Notes: generated by a model from the letters alone, not told the origin. A stretch of DNA of 63,951 nt, filler included, from Licmophora abbreviata (GCA_900291995.1; 15 parts of 15 records of this genome joined end to end with filler, not necessarily neighbours in it), one strand, 5' to 3'. Positions 43,710-54,397 are shown, numbered from the whole stretch's first letter. Numbers and translations: made by a program.

Positions 43710-45068
43710 ATGACGGCGACGAAAGACCTGGAGGCACTCAAGCACGAACTGGAGGAAAAGGGCGTCAAGTACATGCTGCCGAGTTATGTCGACATGCATG
43801 GCGCATCGAAGACAAAGGCGGTTCCGCTGGCGCATTTCGACAGAATGATGCGCGGTTCGGAACTTTGCACCGGCGCGGCGGTGGATGGGGTGCCGCAGGA
43901 CATGAGCGATGAAGAGGTTGCCGCACATCCCGATCCGGCCTCTTGCATGATACAGCCCTGGCAGCGAGATGTTGCCTGGTTCGCCAGCGACCTGTGGTGC
44001 GAGGGCAAGCCGTTCGAGCCGTGCAGCCGCAATATTCTCAAGCGCGTGTTGAAGAGCGCCCACGACATGGGCTACACGATAAACTTGGGTCTGGAACCAG
44101 AATTCTTTGTTTTCCGTCAGGATGATGATGGCCAAGTGCTTCCGATGAGCACACGTCATGACCTGACCAAACCCGCGTATGACGTGCCGCGTCTGCTGGA
44201 CAACAAGGACTGGTGGTCCGAGACAGTCGACGCGATGAACGAACTGGGCTGGGATGTCTATTCCTTTGATCATGAGGACGGGATAGGCCAGTTCGAGATC
44301 GATTTCGCCTTTTCCGACGCATTGACAATGGCTGACCGCTTCGTGTTCTTCCGCCGCATGGTCGATGCCATTGCGCGCAAGCATGGCGGTTTTGCCACCT
44401 TCATGGCCAAGCCATTCGCTAATTACGCGGGCAGTGGCGCGCATTACAACATGTCGATTGCCGACGCCGCGACGGGTCGCAACCTGTGCGTACCCGAGGG
44501 CGAAGATCCGCGCGGCTGCAACGTTTCCGAACTCAGCTACCATTTCATCGGAGGTATGCTGCGGCATCTCCCGGCGATCAGTGCCGTGGTTGCCCCCACA
44601 GTCAACAGTTACAAGCGACTGGTGATGAAGGGCAGCAATTCCGGCTATACTTGGGCACCGGTATTCCAGAATTACGGAGACAATAATCGTACCAACACCC
44701 TGCGGATCCCAGGTGGCGGTGGCCGGGTCGAACTGCGGCTCGCCGACCCGATGTGCAACCCCTATCTTGGAGCGGCGCTGACCATCGCTGCTGGGCTGGA
44801 AGGCATTCGCGAGAACATCGATCCGGGGGCTCCGAACAAAGTCAACATGTATGACCGCTATCAAGCGGAAGGCGAAAGGGCAGGGGTCAAGTTGTTGCCT
44901 CGTACCTTGGCCGAGGCATTGGACGCCTTCGAGGGCAGCCAATTGGCGCGCAACGTCTTCGGCGACAAGATGTTCACCGCCTGGCTGAATTTCAAGCGGG
45001 AGGAATGGGCAAGCTATACCAACCACGTCTCGGACTGGGAGCATAGTCGCTATATGCAGTTCTATTGA
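43710..45068 (+). CDS. glnT: Glutamine synthetase-like gamma-glutamylamide synthetase (GlnT/GmaS-related)
   Basis: SYVDMHG..K.KAVP, LGLEPEFF, DHEDGIGQFEIDF, TFMAKPF, GSGAHYN, PTVNSYKRL, NNRT, RVELR and NPYL. Confidence 0.85.
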   Translation: MTATKDLEALKHELEEKGVKYMLPSYVDMHGASKTKAVPLAHFDRMMRGSELCTGAAVDGVPQDMSDEEVAAHPDPASCMIQPWQRDVAWFASDLWCEGKPFEPCSRNILKRVLKSAHDMGYTINLGLEPEFFVFRQDDDGQVLPMSTRHDLTKPAYDVPRLLDNKDWWSETVDAMNELGWDVYSFDHEDGIGQFEIDFAFSDALTMADRFVFFRRMVDAIARKHGGFATFMAKPFANYAGSGAHYNMSIADAATGRNLCVPEGEDPRGCNVSELSYHFIGGMLRHLPAISAVVAPTVNSYKRLVMKGSNSGYTWAPVFQNYGDNNRTNTLRIPGGGGRVELRLADPMCNPYLGAALTIAAGLEGIRENIDPGAPNKVNMYDRYQAEGERAGVKLLPRTLAEALDAFEGSQLARNVFGDKMFTAWLNFKREEWASYTNHVSDWEHSRYMQFY

Positions 45069-45085
45069 TGAGAAGTGGGGTGGCA

Positions 45086-45104
45086 GCCGGGCGAAATGCC
45101 CGGC
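45086..45104. terminator. Hairpin between the convergent glnT and tetR genes
   Basis: GCCGGGC-GAAAT-GCCCGGC. Confidence 0.55.
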
Positions 45105-45118
45105 GCAGCCGTGCGACA

Positions 45119-45745
45119 TCAGTCGATAGAACCGCTGTAGCCAAGCGTGCTCCACAGCATCTGTTCGAACACACCGACGGAGGCGGCGATGTCGTAGTCG
45201 GAAAACACCCGCTTTCGCATTACTGCGCCATCGAGAAAGGTCGAAACCAGATCGCTGAGCGCGGCTGGATCATGACCATCCCGGAATATGCCCAGTGCGC
45301 GCCCGCGCATGATGCTTTCGGTGATCACCGTACGTTCCGAGCCGTAGAAACGTTCAATGATCTTGTCCACTCGGTCGTTCTGAGATTCCGAATTCCTGTA
45401 TTCGAGTATCAGTTTCAGCACCTTACCAATTTCGGGCTGAAGCGCGACATGCATATGCAGCCATTCATGAATCAGCTTGGCCGGATTTTTGACGTCGCGG
45501 CTGGTATTCGTATAATATTCAAGCGCTGTTTCAATTGCGTACTCGATGGTCGCGTGCAGCAGATCGTCCTTGTCATGAAAATGATAGTAGATCATGGCCG
45601 TGGTCAGCCCGGCCTCGCGCCCGATGTCCTTGATCGTGACTGTACGGTAACCGCTACGCGACATCAGATCGAGCGCGCTTTTCTTGAGGGCTTCCGCTGT
45701 GTCGCGGGATATGCCTTCTTGCTTGGGACGACCAACCCTTCGCAT
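45119..45745 (-). CDS. TetR/AcrR family regulator
   Basis: GRP, GY..VTIKDIGREAGLTTAMIYYHF.DKDDL. GGAG RBS before the ATG at 45745. Confidence 0.92.
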   Translation of the reverse strand: MRRVGRPKQEGISRDTAEALKKSALDLMSRSGYRTVTIKDIGREAGLTTAMIYYHFHDKDDLLHATIEYAIETALEYYTNTSRDVKNPAKLIHEWLHMHVALQPEIGKVLKLILEYRNSESQNDRVDKIIERFYGSERTVITESIMRGRALGIFRDGHDPAALSDLVSTFLDGAVMRKRVFSDYDIAASVGVFEQMLWSTLGYSGSID

Positions 45746-45939
45746 TATTGCTCCAATCTGATGTTCGCTACCGAACCATTTTCGCAGGGATTCCGCCATG
45801 GGCAAAGGCGGCGACTACCCAGGTTTAGGGTTCAATCCCCACTTAACGCCGGAGCTGTCAAATTCAAAGGCCAAACGCGGCAGCCGTCCGAATACTCTAT
45901 CGCAATAAATAGCGCAGCATATGCCCCGCGGCGCACCCT

Positions 45940-46965
45940 ATGGAAAGAAGGCCATCGCGCATGCCCCTTCATGTCTTCAAAAATGTAACACTGCAATCCG
46001 GCGTCGTGGTGCCGGAGATCTCGATCAGCTATGAAATTCATGGATGCCTGAACGTGAAGCGCGACAACTTGGTGGTGTTTCCCACTTACTTCACCGGCCG
46101 ACAAGAGTGCAACAGGCGCTATTTCGGGGCAGGCCGGGCGCTGGATCCGGAGCGACATTGCATACTGGTGCCGTCGCTGATTGGAAATTCGGATTCCTCG
46201 TCACCAAGCAATACCGTCGGCGCGTTTCACGGGGCGGATTTTCCTCATGTCACGATCCATGACAACGTACGTCTGCAACGTGCGCTGGTCGACGAAGTCC
46301 TACCGGTTCAGCAGGTGGCGCTTGTCATCGGGTGGTCCATGGGTGGAATGCAGGCGTACGAATGGGCGACACAGTTCCCGGAATTTGTCCAGCGGTTGCT
46401 GCCGTTCTGCGCAACAGCGCGGTGCAGTACGCACAATCACGTCTTTCTGGAAGGCGTCAAGGCGGCACTGATTGCCGATGGCGCTTGGGCAGGCGGGCGT
46501 TATGAGGCATCGCCCGGTCGCGGCCTGCGCGCTTTCGGCAGGGCCTATGCAGGCTGGGCGTATTCCGAAGCCTTTTTTAACGATGGGATCTATCGCAACT
46601 TGGGTTTCGACACTGTCGAAGACCTGCTTGTGGATTGGGAGCGCGACCATTTGGAGTGGGACGCAAATGATTTGTTGTGCAAGATCTGGAGTTGGCAACA
46701 TGCCGATGTCAGCGCCAATGAATCATACCAAGGGGATGTCGACCGGGCCTTGGGCGCGATCCGTGCTCGAACACTAGTCATTCCGTCAAGTACCGATAAG
46801 TATTTCACCGAGGCCTATGCTCGCAAGGAGGCCGCGCTGATCCCCGGAGCGGAAATCCGGCTGTTTAGCACGACGTGGGGGCATTGTGGCTGTACGCCGG
46901 GCAGGCCAGATCCGAGCTTTTCGGGTTTTCTGGATGATGCCATCGTCGAGCTGTTGGCAAGCTAG
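45940..46965 (+). CDS. Alpha/beta hydrolase of the homoserine O-acetyltransferase-like family
   Basis: PTYFTG, GNS.SSSPSN, nucleophile elbow GWSMGG, D.YF, and WGH. Confidence 0.85.
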   Translation: MERRPSRMPLHVFKNVTLQSGVVVPEISISYEIHGCLNVKRDNLVVFPTYFTGRQECNRRYFGAGRALDPERHCILVPSLIGNSDSSSPSNTVGAFHGADFPHVTIHDNVRLQRALVDEVLPVQQVALVIGWSMGGMQAYEWATQFPEFVQRLLPFCATARCSTHNHVFLEGVKAALIADGAWAGGRYEASPGRGLRAFGRAYAGWAYSEAFFNDGIYRNLGFDTVEDLLVDWERDHLEWDANDLLCKIWSWQHADVSANESYQGDVDRALGAIRARTLVIPSSTDKYFTEAYARKEAALIPGAEIRLFSTTWGHCGCTPGRPDPSFSGFLDDAIVELLAS

Positions 46966-47009
46966 ATCACCGGGCCTTGGGGTATGCGAGGCTTATGGTC
47001 AAACTTTAA

Positions 47010-47045
47010 ATTAATTGACAGATTAATAAATTGTTTATCTATAAT
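47010..47045 (+). promoter_or_regulatory. Promoter with an ATTAAT-N6-ATTAAT operator-like site upstream of the APC permease
   Basis: ATTAAT-TGACAG-ATTAAT overlapping TTGACA (47015-47020), with TATAAT at 47040-47045. Confidence 0.55.
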
Positions 47046-47133
47046 TGACGGAAGAAAAAGGCGTCGGAAACCGGCGCACGGTGGCCGCAGGTCGCCGTCC
47101 ATCAAGGGAAAAACAACAGGGAGACGGTAGAAA

Positions 47134-48756
47134 ATGGCAATGGAAACGCAATCCACGCATGGCGGTTCAGAAAACCTGCGACGCGACATCGACTGGAAGC
47201 ATGCCTTTTGGTTTGCAGCCGGCACGCCGGCACTGGTGTTGTTCACCGTAGGCGCCATCGCGGCGACGGTGGGTAATATCTCGCCCATGGTCTGGATCAT
47301 CTCGACCTGCATCGGGTTCATACAGTGTTTCACCTATGCGGAAATCGCAGGGATGTTTCCGCACAAATCCGGTGGGGCATCGGTCTATGGCGCCATTGCG
47401 TGGGTGCGGTATGGCAAGCTTCTTGGGCCGATCTCGGTCTGGTCGAACTGGTTTTCTTGGACGCCGGTGCTGGCCATTGGAACTGGTCTTGCGGGCGGCT
47501 ACATTTTGAATCTTCTGTTCGAGCCGGACGCGGCGATCAACACTTGGAAGATCACGCTGGTCAACCTCGATTTCATCAAGGAAGATTTGTCGCTCCGGAT
47601 AAACTCGACCTTCGTCATGGGGCTAATCCTCGTGCTGATCGTCTTCGCGATCCAGCACCGCGGCATCCTGCGCGCCGCCCGGATGCAGATGATCGTCGCG
47701 ATCGTCGCACTGGTACCGCTGATACTGATCGGGCTGGTGCCGCTTCTGACGGGAGATTTACCCAAGGATCACTTCACTCCGTTTGTGCCGCTGTCCTATG
47801 ATGCAGAGGGCAATGCGGTCAATGGCAGCTGGAACATGGCCGGCTGGACGGTTCTGATGGGCGGCCTTTTCATCGCTGGCTGGTCGACTTACGCATTCGA
47901 AACCGCCGTCTGCTACACGCGCGAGTTCCGCAATCCGGATCGCGATACGGTCCGGGCAATCGCCTATGCGGGCATTCTGTGTCTTTTCGTGTTCTCGCTC
48001 GTGCCAATCGCCTTCCAGGGCTTTCTGGGACTTGAAGGCATGCTGGAGCCGGGCATTGCAACGGGCGAAGGCGTGGGCGCTGCGATGGCGCAGATGGTGG
48101 GCGGCGGAGCCATTATCGGCAATGCCATCATCGTGATGCTGATCCTGGCGCTGCTGCTGGTGGTGATGTCGGCAATGGCCGGATCGTCTCGGACGCTCTA
48201 CCAGGGATCGGTTGATGGCTGGTTACCCCGCTACTTGAGCCATGTGAATCACAACGGGGCGCCCACGCGGGCGATGTGGACCGATCTTGGGTTCAATATG
48301 TTGCTGCTGATGATGTCGGATTATGTGTTCTTGCTGGCATTGGCCAACGTCAACTACATGGTCTTCATCTTCCTCAACTTACAATCCGGCTGGATGCATC
48401 GCATGGACAGCCCAAACGCAAAGCGTCCTTACCGCGCGCCTACCTGGCTGCTGGCGATGGGGGCGATCCTGGGCTTCGTCAATCTTGCCTTCCTCGGCAT
48501 GGGCGCAAATATCTGGGGTGCGGGGACGCTGACAGTCGGCTTGCTGGTGGCCGCTGCCATTATCCCGGTCTTCTGCTATCGTCACTACATTCAGGACAAG
48601 GGCGAATTCCCCGAACAGATGTACAAGGACATGATGCTGGCGCATGGTGAGGAAGGCAGCACCAGAGTTCAGACACGTGCTGGGATACTACCCTATCTCA
48701 CGCTTGCGGCAGCGGTCGCGGTCGTGTTGTTCTTCAACTGGATAGCAGTCTATTGA
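47134..48756 (+). CDS. APC family amine/amino acid permease
   Basis: About 12-14 hydrophobic segments; YAEIAGMFPHKSGGAS.YG, YAFETA, GSSRTLYQ and RPYRAP. Confidence 0.92.
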   Translation: MAMETQSTHGGSENLRRDIDWKHAFWFAAGTPALVLFTVGAIAATVGNISPMVWIISTCIGFIQCFTYAEIAGMFPHKSGGASVYGAIAWVRYGKLLGPISVWSNWFSWTPVLAIGTGLAGGYILNLLFEPDAAINTWKITLVNLDFIKEDLSLRINSTFVMGLILVLIVFAIQHRGILRAARMQMIVAIVALVPLILIGLVPLLTGDLPKDHFTPFVPLSYDAEGNAVNGSWNMAGWTVLMGGLFIAGWSTYAFETAVCYTREFRNPDRDTVRAIAYAGILCLFVFSLVPIAFQGFLGLEGMLEPGIATGEGVGAAMAQMVGGGAIIGNAIIVMLILALLLVVMSAMAGSSRTLYQGSVDGWLPRYLSHVNHNGAPTRAMWTDLGFNMLLLMMSDYVFLLALANVNYMVFIFLNLQSGWMHRMDSPNAKRPYRAPTWLLAMGAILGFVNLAFLGMGANIWGAGTLTVGLLVAAAIIPVFCYRHYIQDKGEFPEQMYKDMMLAHGEEGSTRVQTRAGILPYLTLAAAVAVVLFFNWIAVY

Positions 48757-49009
48757 TATAAGCAAGGACCGGCCCTTTCGTGAGATATAACGATTGNNNN
48801 NNNNNNNNNNNNNNNNNNNNNNNNNNNNNNNNNNNNNNNNTTAATTAATTAANNNNNNNNNNNNNNNNNNNNNNNNNNNNNNNNNNNNNNNNNNNNTCTA
48901 TTGATATAAGCAAGGACCGGCCCTTTCGTGAGATATAACGATTGTGGAAGGGCCGGTCGCCACACGCGGCGTCAGCTGCCTGGTGACCGGCGCATGGCGG
49001 AAAGCCGAC

Positions 49010-49921
49010 ATGGAAGACATTGGTCGAATAATTCAGGACATCCATGATCAGATCCACGCCGATGCCGACTGGGGGACACCCGCGCAATACATCCCCGAGC
49101 TTGCCGGTGTAGCGCCGGATCAGTTCGCTATCAGTGTCGCGACGGCCGATGGGCGGTGTTGGTCCGCAGGACGTTCACGGCAGCCGTTCTCAATACAGAG
49201 TATATCCAAGGTTTTCGCGCTGATTGCGACCTTGGGGCGTATTGGTGAGCAGCTTTGGACAAGGGTCGGGCGCGAGCCGACGAGAACCGCATTTGACTCG
49301 ATCATGCTGCTGGAAAGTGACGGGGGAAGACCGCCCAATCCCTTTGTGAATGCTGGAGCGATCGTGACTACCGATGCCCTTTTATCGGGACGCGAACCCA
49401 GTCAGGCTCTGGCGGAGATACTGGGGCTTATCCGTGCGATGGCGGAAACGGACGAGATCTACATCAACAACTTGGTAGCAGATTCCGAACGGCGTACTGG
49501 AGAGCGGAACAAGGCCATCGCGCATTACCTTGCGTCTCATGGAAATCTGTCCAACGAGGCAGATCTGACCTTGGGGACATATTTTCATCAATGCGCGATT
49601 GAAATGACAACGGAACAGCTCGCGATGTCCGGCCGGACACTTGCCGGTCTCGATTGCGCTCCTCGCACGATTTCGGCTTTGCATGCAAAGCGTGCCAACG
49701 CCCTGATGATGACATGTGGCCATTACGACGCGTCTGGCGAGTTCGCGTTTCAGGTCGGGTTGCCTGGAAAGAGCGGCGTCGGAGGCGGTATCCTGCTGAT
49801 CGCCCCACGAACCGCTTCGATCGCGATCTGGTCTCCGGGGCTGAACGGCTATGGAAATTCTCATGCTGGCACACGAGCGGCAGCGATGCTCGCCAAGGCG
49901 ACTGGTTGGTCGGTGTTCTGA
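49010..49921 (+). CDS. glsA: Glutaminase
   Basis: YIPELA, FSIQSISKV, VGREP, NPFVNAGAI, CGHYDASG and GLPGKSGVGGG. Confidence 0.93.
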   Translation: MEDIGRIIQDIHDQIHADADWGTPAQYIPELAGVAPDQFAISVATADGRCWSAGRSRQPFSIQSISKVFALIATLGRIGEQLWTRVGREPTRTAFDSIMLLESDGGRPPNPFVNAGAIVTTDALLSGREPSQALAEILGLIRAMAETDEIYINNLVADSERRTGERNKAIAHYLASHGNLSNEADLTLGTYFHQCAIEMTTEQLAMSGRTLAGLDCAPRTISALHAKRANALMMTCGHYDASGEFAFQVGLPGKSGVGGGILLIAPRTASIAIWSPGLNGYGNSHAGTRAAAMLAKATGWSVF

Positions 49922-50115
49922 GCCCTTTATAATCCGGCACGTACACTTGAATGTGAATGGAAAAGAATTGAAGTTCTGGTGGTGCTCGATGCCCTCACGC
50001 AGCAGGTTTGCGCGACGATGTCTGGCGGGCGCAAAAGCTAACTGAGCGGCGAGGCTGCCGCCCGCTGGCTGCGTTAGGCCACGCCAGCGCGCCGGCGACC
50101 GGGTGCACCCGCCAC

Positions 50116-51271
50116 TCAGCGCGCAATCGCGCCTACCAGCCGCTCCAGAAAAACTTGGTGATCAGCTGGATTAAGCCAGCGCATCACCGCCACGACGTCA
50201 TCCTCGGGNNNNNNNNNNNNNNNNNNNNNNNNNNNNNNNNNNNNNNNNNNNNTTAATTAATTAANNNNNNNNNNNNNNNNNNNNNNNNNNNNNNNNNNNN
50301 NNNNNNNNGCCGCCCGCCCCAAGAGCGCTGAACGCGGTCGAGGGCAACTTGGGATTGGCATCGCACCCCCGGTTCAGCCACCAGAGAAAGCCGTATTTGT
50401 CCAAGGTAGGCGTGGGCTCGAGTGACTGTTTCATCCAGTCTTCGGGCAGGATTTGCTCGCCTTCCCATACACCATTCTGTCTTATGAAGAGCCCGAATTT
50501 CGCATGGTCATTGGCGCTGATGAACATCCCGCCGCCCCAATGGCCTCCGCCGGTGACCGACTGGACACGCGCGCCGCCGATATCGACCCATGAGGTCGAA
50601 TACCCTTCCCAGCGCCACCCGTTCGAGGCGCCGATGCGGTTCATGATCCGTTCGCGCAGCACCTCCGGCAAGGGCTGCTCGAAGCGGCGCAACAGGGCAT
50701 AGGCCAGCGCGTTGATGCGCACATCGTTGTATTCGTAATGGCTACCAGGGCGGCCCACCTCGCGCAACTGGCCCTTGCGGCTGTTATCCGCACCAACCCC
50801 GATCTGGCGGTAATGATCCACCTGGTCATCCTTCCCGAAAATCTCGCCACGCCACTCGCTGTTCATCTGAAGCATGTGGCGCCAGGTGATCCCGGCATTA
50901 TGGGAGCTCGAAAAATATGGCCCATCCACGCGCGCCCGGACCGGCTCATCGAGATCCGGGATCAGTCCGTCCTTCACCGCGAGCCCCACCAGGACCGACA
51001 GGTAGCTCTTGGCGATGGAGAACGTCATGTCCGGTCGATCCGCATCGCCCCATTCCGCGACCCGGTCGCCCCGGTGCAGGATTACGCCCGCCGGGCCGCC
51101 GCGTTCGGCCACGGGGCCGATGATCTCGGTCCACGGGCCGGTCTCGTTCCACTCGACGTTCCCTACATAGGCGCCATCGGAATAATACATGCTGCGCGGC
51201 CATTCGGTCTCATGGCTCAGGGCAAAATCGACAATGGTCTCAAGCGCCGGAGTTGCGGCAAAGGAGGTCAT
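50116..51271 (-). CDS. Serine hydrolase (beta-lactamase/6-aminohexanoate-dimer hydrolase family), spanning the linker at 50209-50308
   Basis: SIAKS (SxxK), YEYND, GHWGGG and YGFLWW. The C-terminus PEDDVVAVMRWL...AIAR* lies on the other side of the gap. Confidence 0.85.
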
Positions 51272-51746
51272 GTTTTTGGCCTTGTGTTGTTGATGGTAAA
51301 GATATGTAAAACATCAGAGCTTCTGGTTTACAGCCCGGTTCTCCCGACCTTTCTCTCGTTGTGGCGATCATCACGAGAACAATTCCGTAGGGGGGGGCGG
51401 CTGGATCGCTTAGAAGGAAATGTCACAGGCGGCACTCTCCACGGTCGCGCCGCATTGTAAACCCGAATCTCGATACAGCGTTGCATCGTGGCGTGTCAGG
51501 GCGGTGCAATCAACCGGCATCCGGGGCTGACCTCGCTGTCTCGTTTGCGCGATCTGCCGAGAGCGCGGTAAGTTCTGTAAGCCGGTTCACCGCCTGTGTT
51601 CTCGTGCGCCAGCTCGGGAAGAAAAACACATATCCCAGCGTCAGCTCAGGCGACAACGGCCGGAGACCTTGCCTCTGTTGGCCCAAGCCGGCCGGATCAG
51701 CTCGGTCTAATGCGTTTCCTCGTGCGCGAGACGGCTTAACTGTTCC

Positions 51747-52640
51747 TTAGAGCGTGTCGCGTTTAATCGGTTTTGTATCCAGCTGCCTTGAAGAAGTTGT
51801 AGCATTCTTCGTCGGTGAAGAGGTCGCACACATGGCCGACGGCCTTCCAGAGTTTTGGGTAGGTTCGGACAGCAGCCTTTCGGATCAGCGCCTTGAGCTT
51901 CGAGAAGGCCATTTCGATCGGGTTAAGGTCGGGGCTGTAGGGCGGCAGGAACAGGAACCACGCGCCGATATCGNNNNNNNNNNNNNNNNNNNNNNNNNNN
52001 NNNNNNNNNNNNNNNNNTTAATTAATTAANNNNNNNNNNNNNNNNNNNNNNNNNNNNNNNNNNNNNNNNNNNNCCGCGCGGGGCCCATCCGGTGGTCTTG
52101 GCCATGTTCGTTTTGAGCGATGTCTCGTCGATGAACGCCAATCTTTCCAGATGTCTGGCCATGAAGGGCTGGCGTTTGCCTATCCAGATGCGGCGCAGGT
52201 CGGCCACGTCTTGGCGCTTCTGCTCAAGCGCTTGCAGGTCTTTTTTTGTGTGACAACCCGAGCCTGAGCAGCAGCCGACCGACCGACGAGCGATGCACCT
52301 TCACCCCGTGCTCCACGGCCAGTTCCGCGGTCAACTCGTCAATCGTCAGATCAGGCTGCGCCGCGATCCGGCGCTCCACCTAGCCCTTTAACCGGTCAGT
52401 TTGCCGCGCCCGGGATTGCCCTGAGGTTTCGGCGCGAGCGAGCCGGTCTCGCGTTTGAGCCGCACCATGTCGTTGACGAACTTGATCGAAACGCACAGCC
52501 GCCGCGCCGCCTCTGTGTGCGTGCTGCCCTGCTCGACAAGCCGCACCGCACGATCACGCAACTCAACAGGATGTGGTTTGCCCATCCATGATCCCTATAT
52601 CTGCCTTAAAGACATGGAATCACACGACGAGCGTCATGGG
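51747..52640 (-). mobile_element. IS630-family element, degenerate, split by a linker
   Basis: MGKPHPVELRDR HTH, an AAAAAAAG slippery site near 52240-52247, FIDET, and [20 protein letters not shown]. Right end TTAGAGCGTGTCGCG. Frameshift and stop near 52380-52390. Confidence 0.88.
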
Positions 52641-52699
52641 AATCTGGAGGGTTCTGTGAGGTCGCGGGGAACAACGATGGGGTCACACATGCGCTGTCC

Positions 52700-53902
52700 G
52701 CGACCTCATTGAAGCCGTATTGAACGAACCCGCGGGTTGATTTTGCGCTATGGGGATTGTGGTGCTGGCTCAGCTCTGAGGTGGTGTTTGCGACGGTGGG
52801 CAGACCGATGAATGGCGGCGCGCGGATGACAATTTGGCCCATGGCTGGTCTGCAGGGGTTGCGAAACCGGTGTGGTTTGCTGGCAAGTGGTGTTGCGCAA
52901 CGGCCAGAACCGGGGCAACCAAGGCTTTGGGCCGTAGTGTATCGCTCCAGCCTGCATGGCAGCAGACTGTTGGATGGATATCCGTTGTCTGTCGTGGTCG
53001 ATCATGAGCTATCGTTCCGGGAGGCCCATTCGGGCGGTGCTTGGCCGTGATACCATACGGTGATCCTGACCATTGCTCGGCCGCAACAAGGGCATGGGCG
53101 CGCGTCAGGGGCCGCTTTCATTGCGGGTTTGGCATGACTCTTGCTCTCCTGCTTCTGGGCGGCCAGCAAAGCTCTGCACGCCGAGAGGCGGGCAGCACGC
53201 TGTCCGTTGGCAAGGAAGCCGAAATGGCGGATGCGGTGAAAGCCATCGGGCACAGTATGCAGAAGAAAGCGGCGGATGAACTCTCCAGCATCGAGGGTCA
53301 TCGCCCTTGGCCGGCGGCCATGGCGATAGTCGCGCCAGCGGAACGTCACTTTGCCATCTGCCATACTGACCAGACGTGAATTAGCGATGGCGACACGATG
53401 GGTATACCGGCTCAGATAGGCCAACACCTGTTCCGGCCCGCCAAAGGGTGGTTTGGCATAGACCACCCAGTTTTGTTGACTGGCTGACATCAGGAGCCGG
53501 GTGAAGGCCTGCGGGTCGGCGACTTCAGCGGTATCGGCGAAGAACTGTAGCTGTCCGGCGTCAAAGGCGACGCGCAGCGACTGCAGAAACAGCCGACGGA
53601 ACAGGCGTGATAGCACCCTGACTGGCAGAAAGAAGTTGGGGCGGCAGGCGATCCAGCGCGTGCCATCGGGTGACGGGCCACCGCCGGGAACGATGCAATG
53701 GAGATGGGGATGATAACTCAGGGTCTGCCCCCAGCTGTGTAGCACTGCAATGAGACCAATCCCGGCACCGAGATGTTTGGGGTCGGCGGCAATGATGCGC
53801 AGGGTCTCGGCGGCTGCCCGGAACAGGATTGTGTAGACGACTTTCTGTTCTGGAAGGCTATCGATGCAATCTTGGCCGGCAGCGTGAAACCACGTGGAAA
53901 TA
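52700..53902 (-). mobile_element. IS91-family (HUH/Y2) transposase, 5'-partial and frameshifted (coding 53002-53902), with downstream terminal sequence
   Basis: YFHVV.TLP, VLHSWGQ...HPHLHCIVPGGG, WVVYAK, YLSRYTHRVAI, FHRIRHFG and CPCCG. Two 1-bp deletions near 53845 and 53885. Confidence 0.88.
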
Positions 53903-54002
53903 NNNNNNNNNNNNNNNNNNNNNNNNNNNNNNNNNNNNNNNNNNNNTTAATTAATTAANNNNNNNNNNNNNNNNNNNNNNNNNNNNNNNNNNNNNNNNNN
54001 NN

Positions 54003-54327
54003 TTTCGCGGCGCACCAAGGAGGCGCTCGCGGCCGCCAAGGCGCGTGGGGTGAAGCTGGGCACCCGAACGGTGCGGTGGCACTCAGGCGGGCAGGGGAGG
54101 ACGGCGCGGCGCTTCGGGAAACCGTTTCGCGCAATGCCGATGCGCATGCCAGGGCCCTCACGCCGGTTGTCGAGACTATCCGGGCAGAGGGGCACTCATC
54201 ACTCCGGGCAATCGCAGATCAGCTGAACGCGCGTGGCATGATGACCCGGCGCGGTGGCCAGTGGCATGTAAGCGGCGCCTGGCCGGTTGCCGTGCGACCG
54301 AACTCATACAGGCGGGCCGGATGCTAA
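54003..54327 (+). pseudogene. Serine recombinase/resolvase C-terminal fragment
   Basis: SRRTKEALAAAKARGVKLG, a frameshift, then SLRAIADQLNARG..TRRGGQW. Confidence 0.75.
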
Positions 54328-54397
54328 CCTCCGGTATCGAAATGCTCTCTTATCGCGGACTGGCACATTTTGCGGTCGTATCAGGCAGCCGCGTCCG

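Noticed and set aside
43659..45988. 498-aa (minus) and 307-aa (plus) ORFs
   Set aside because: Shadows opposite glnT and tetR, with no recognisable domains.
45940..46965. Housekeeping metX call
   Set aside because: It lacks the canonical HALTG motif (it has PTYFTG) and sits in a catabolic context, so it is treated as a HAT-like hydrolase.
51570..51746. Possible LysR C-terminal remnant (RPLSPELTLGYVFFFP) on the minus strand next to IS630
   Set aside because: Too short and interrupted to support a call without a search.
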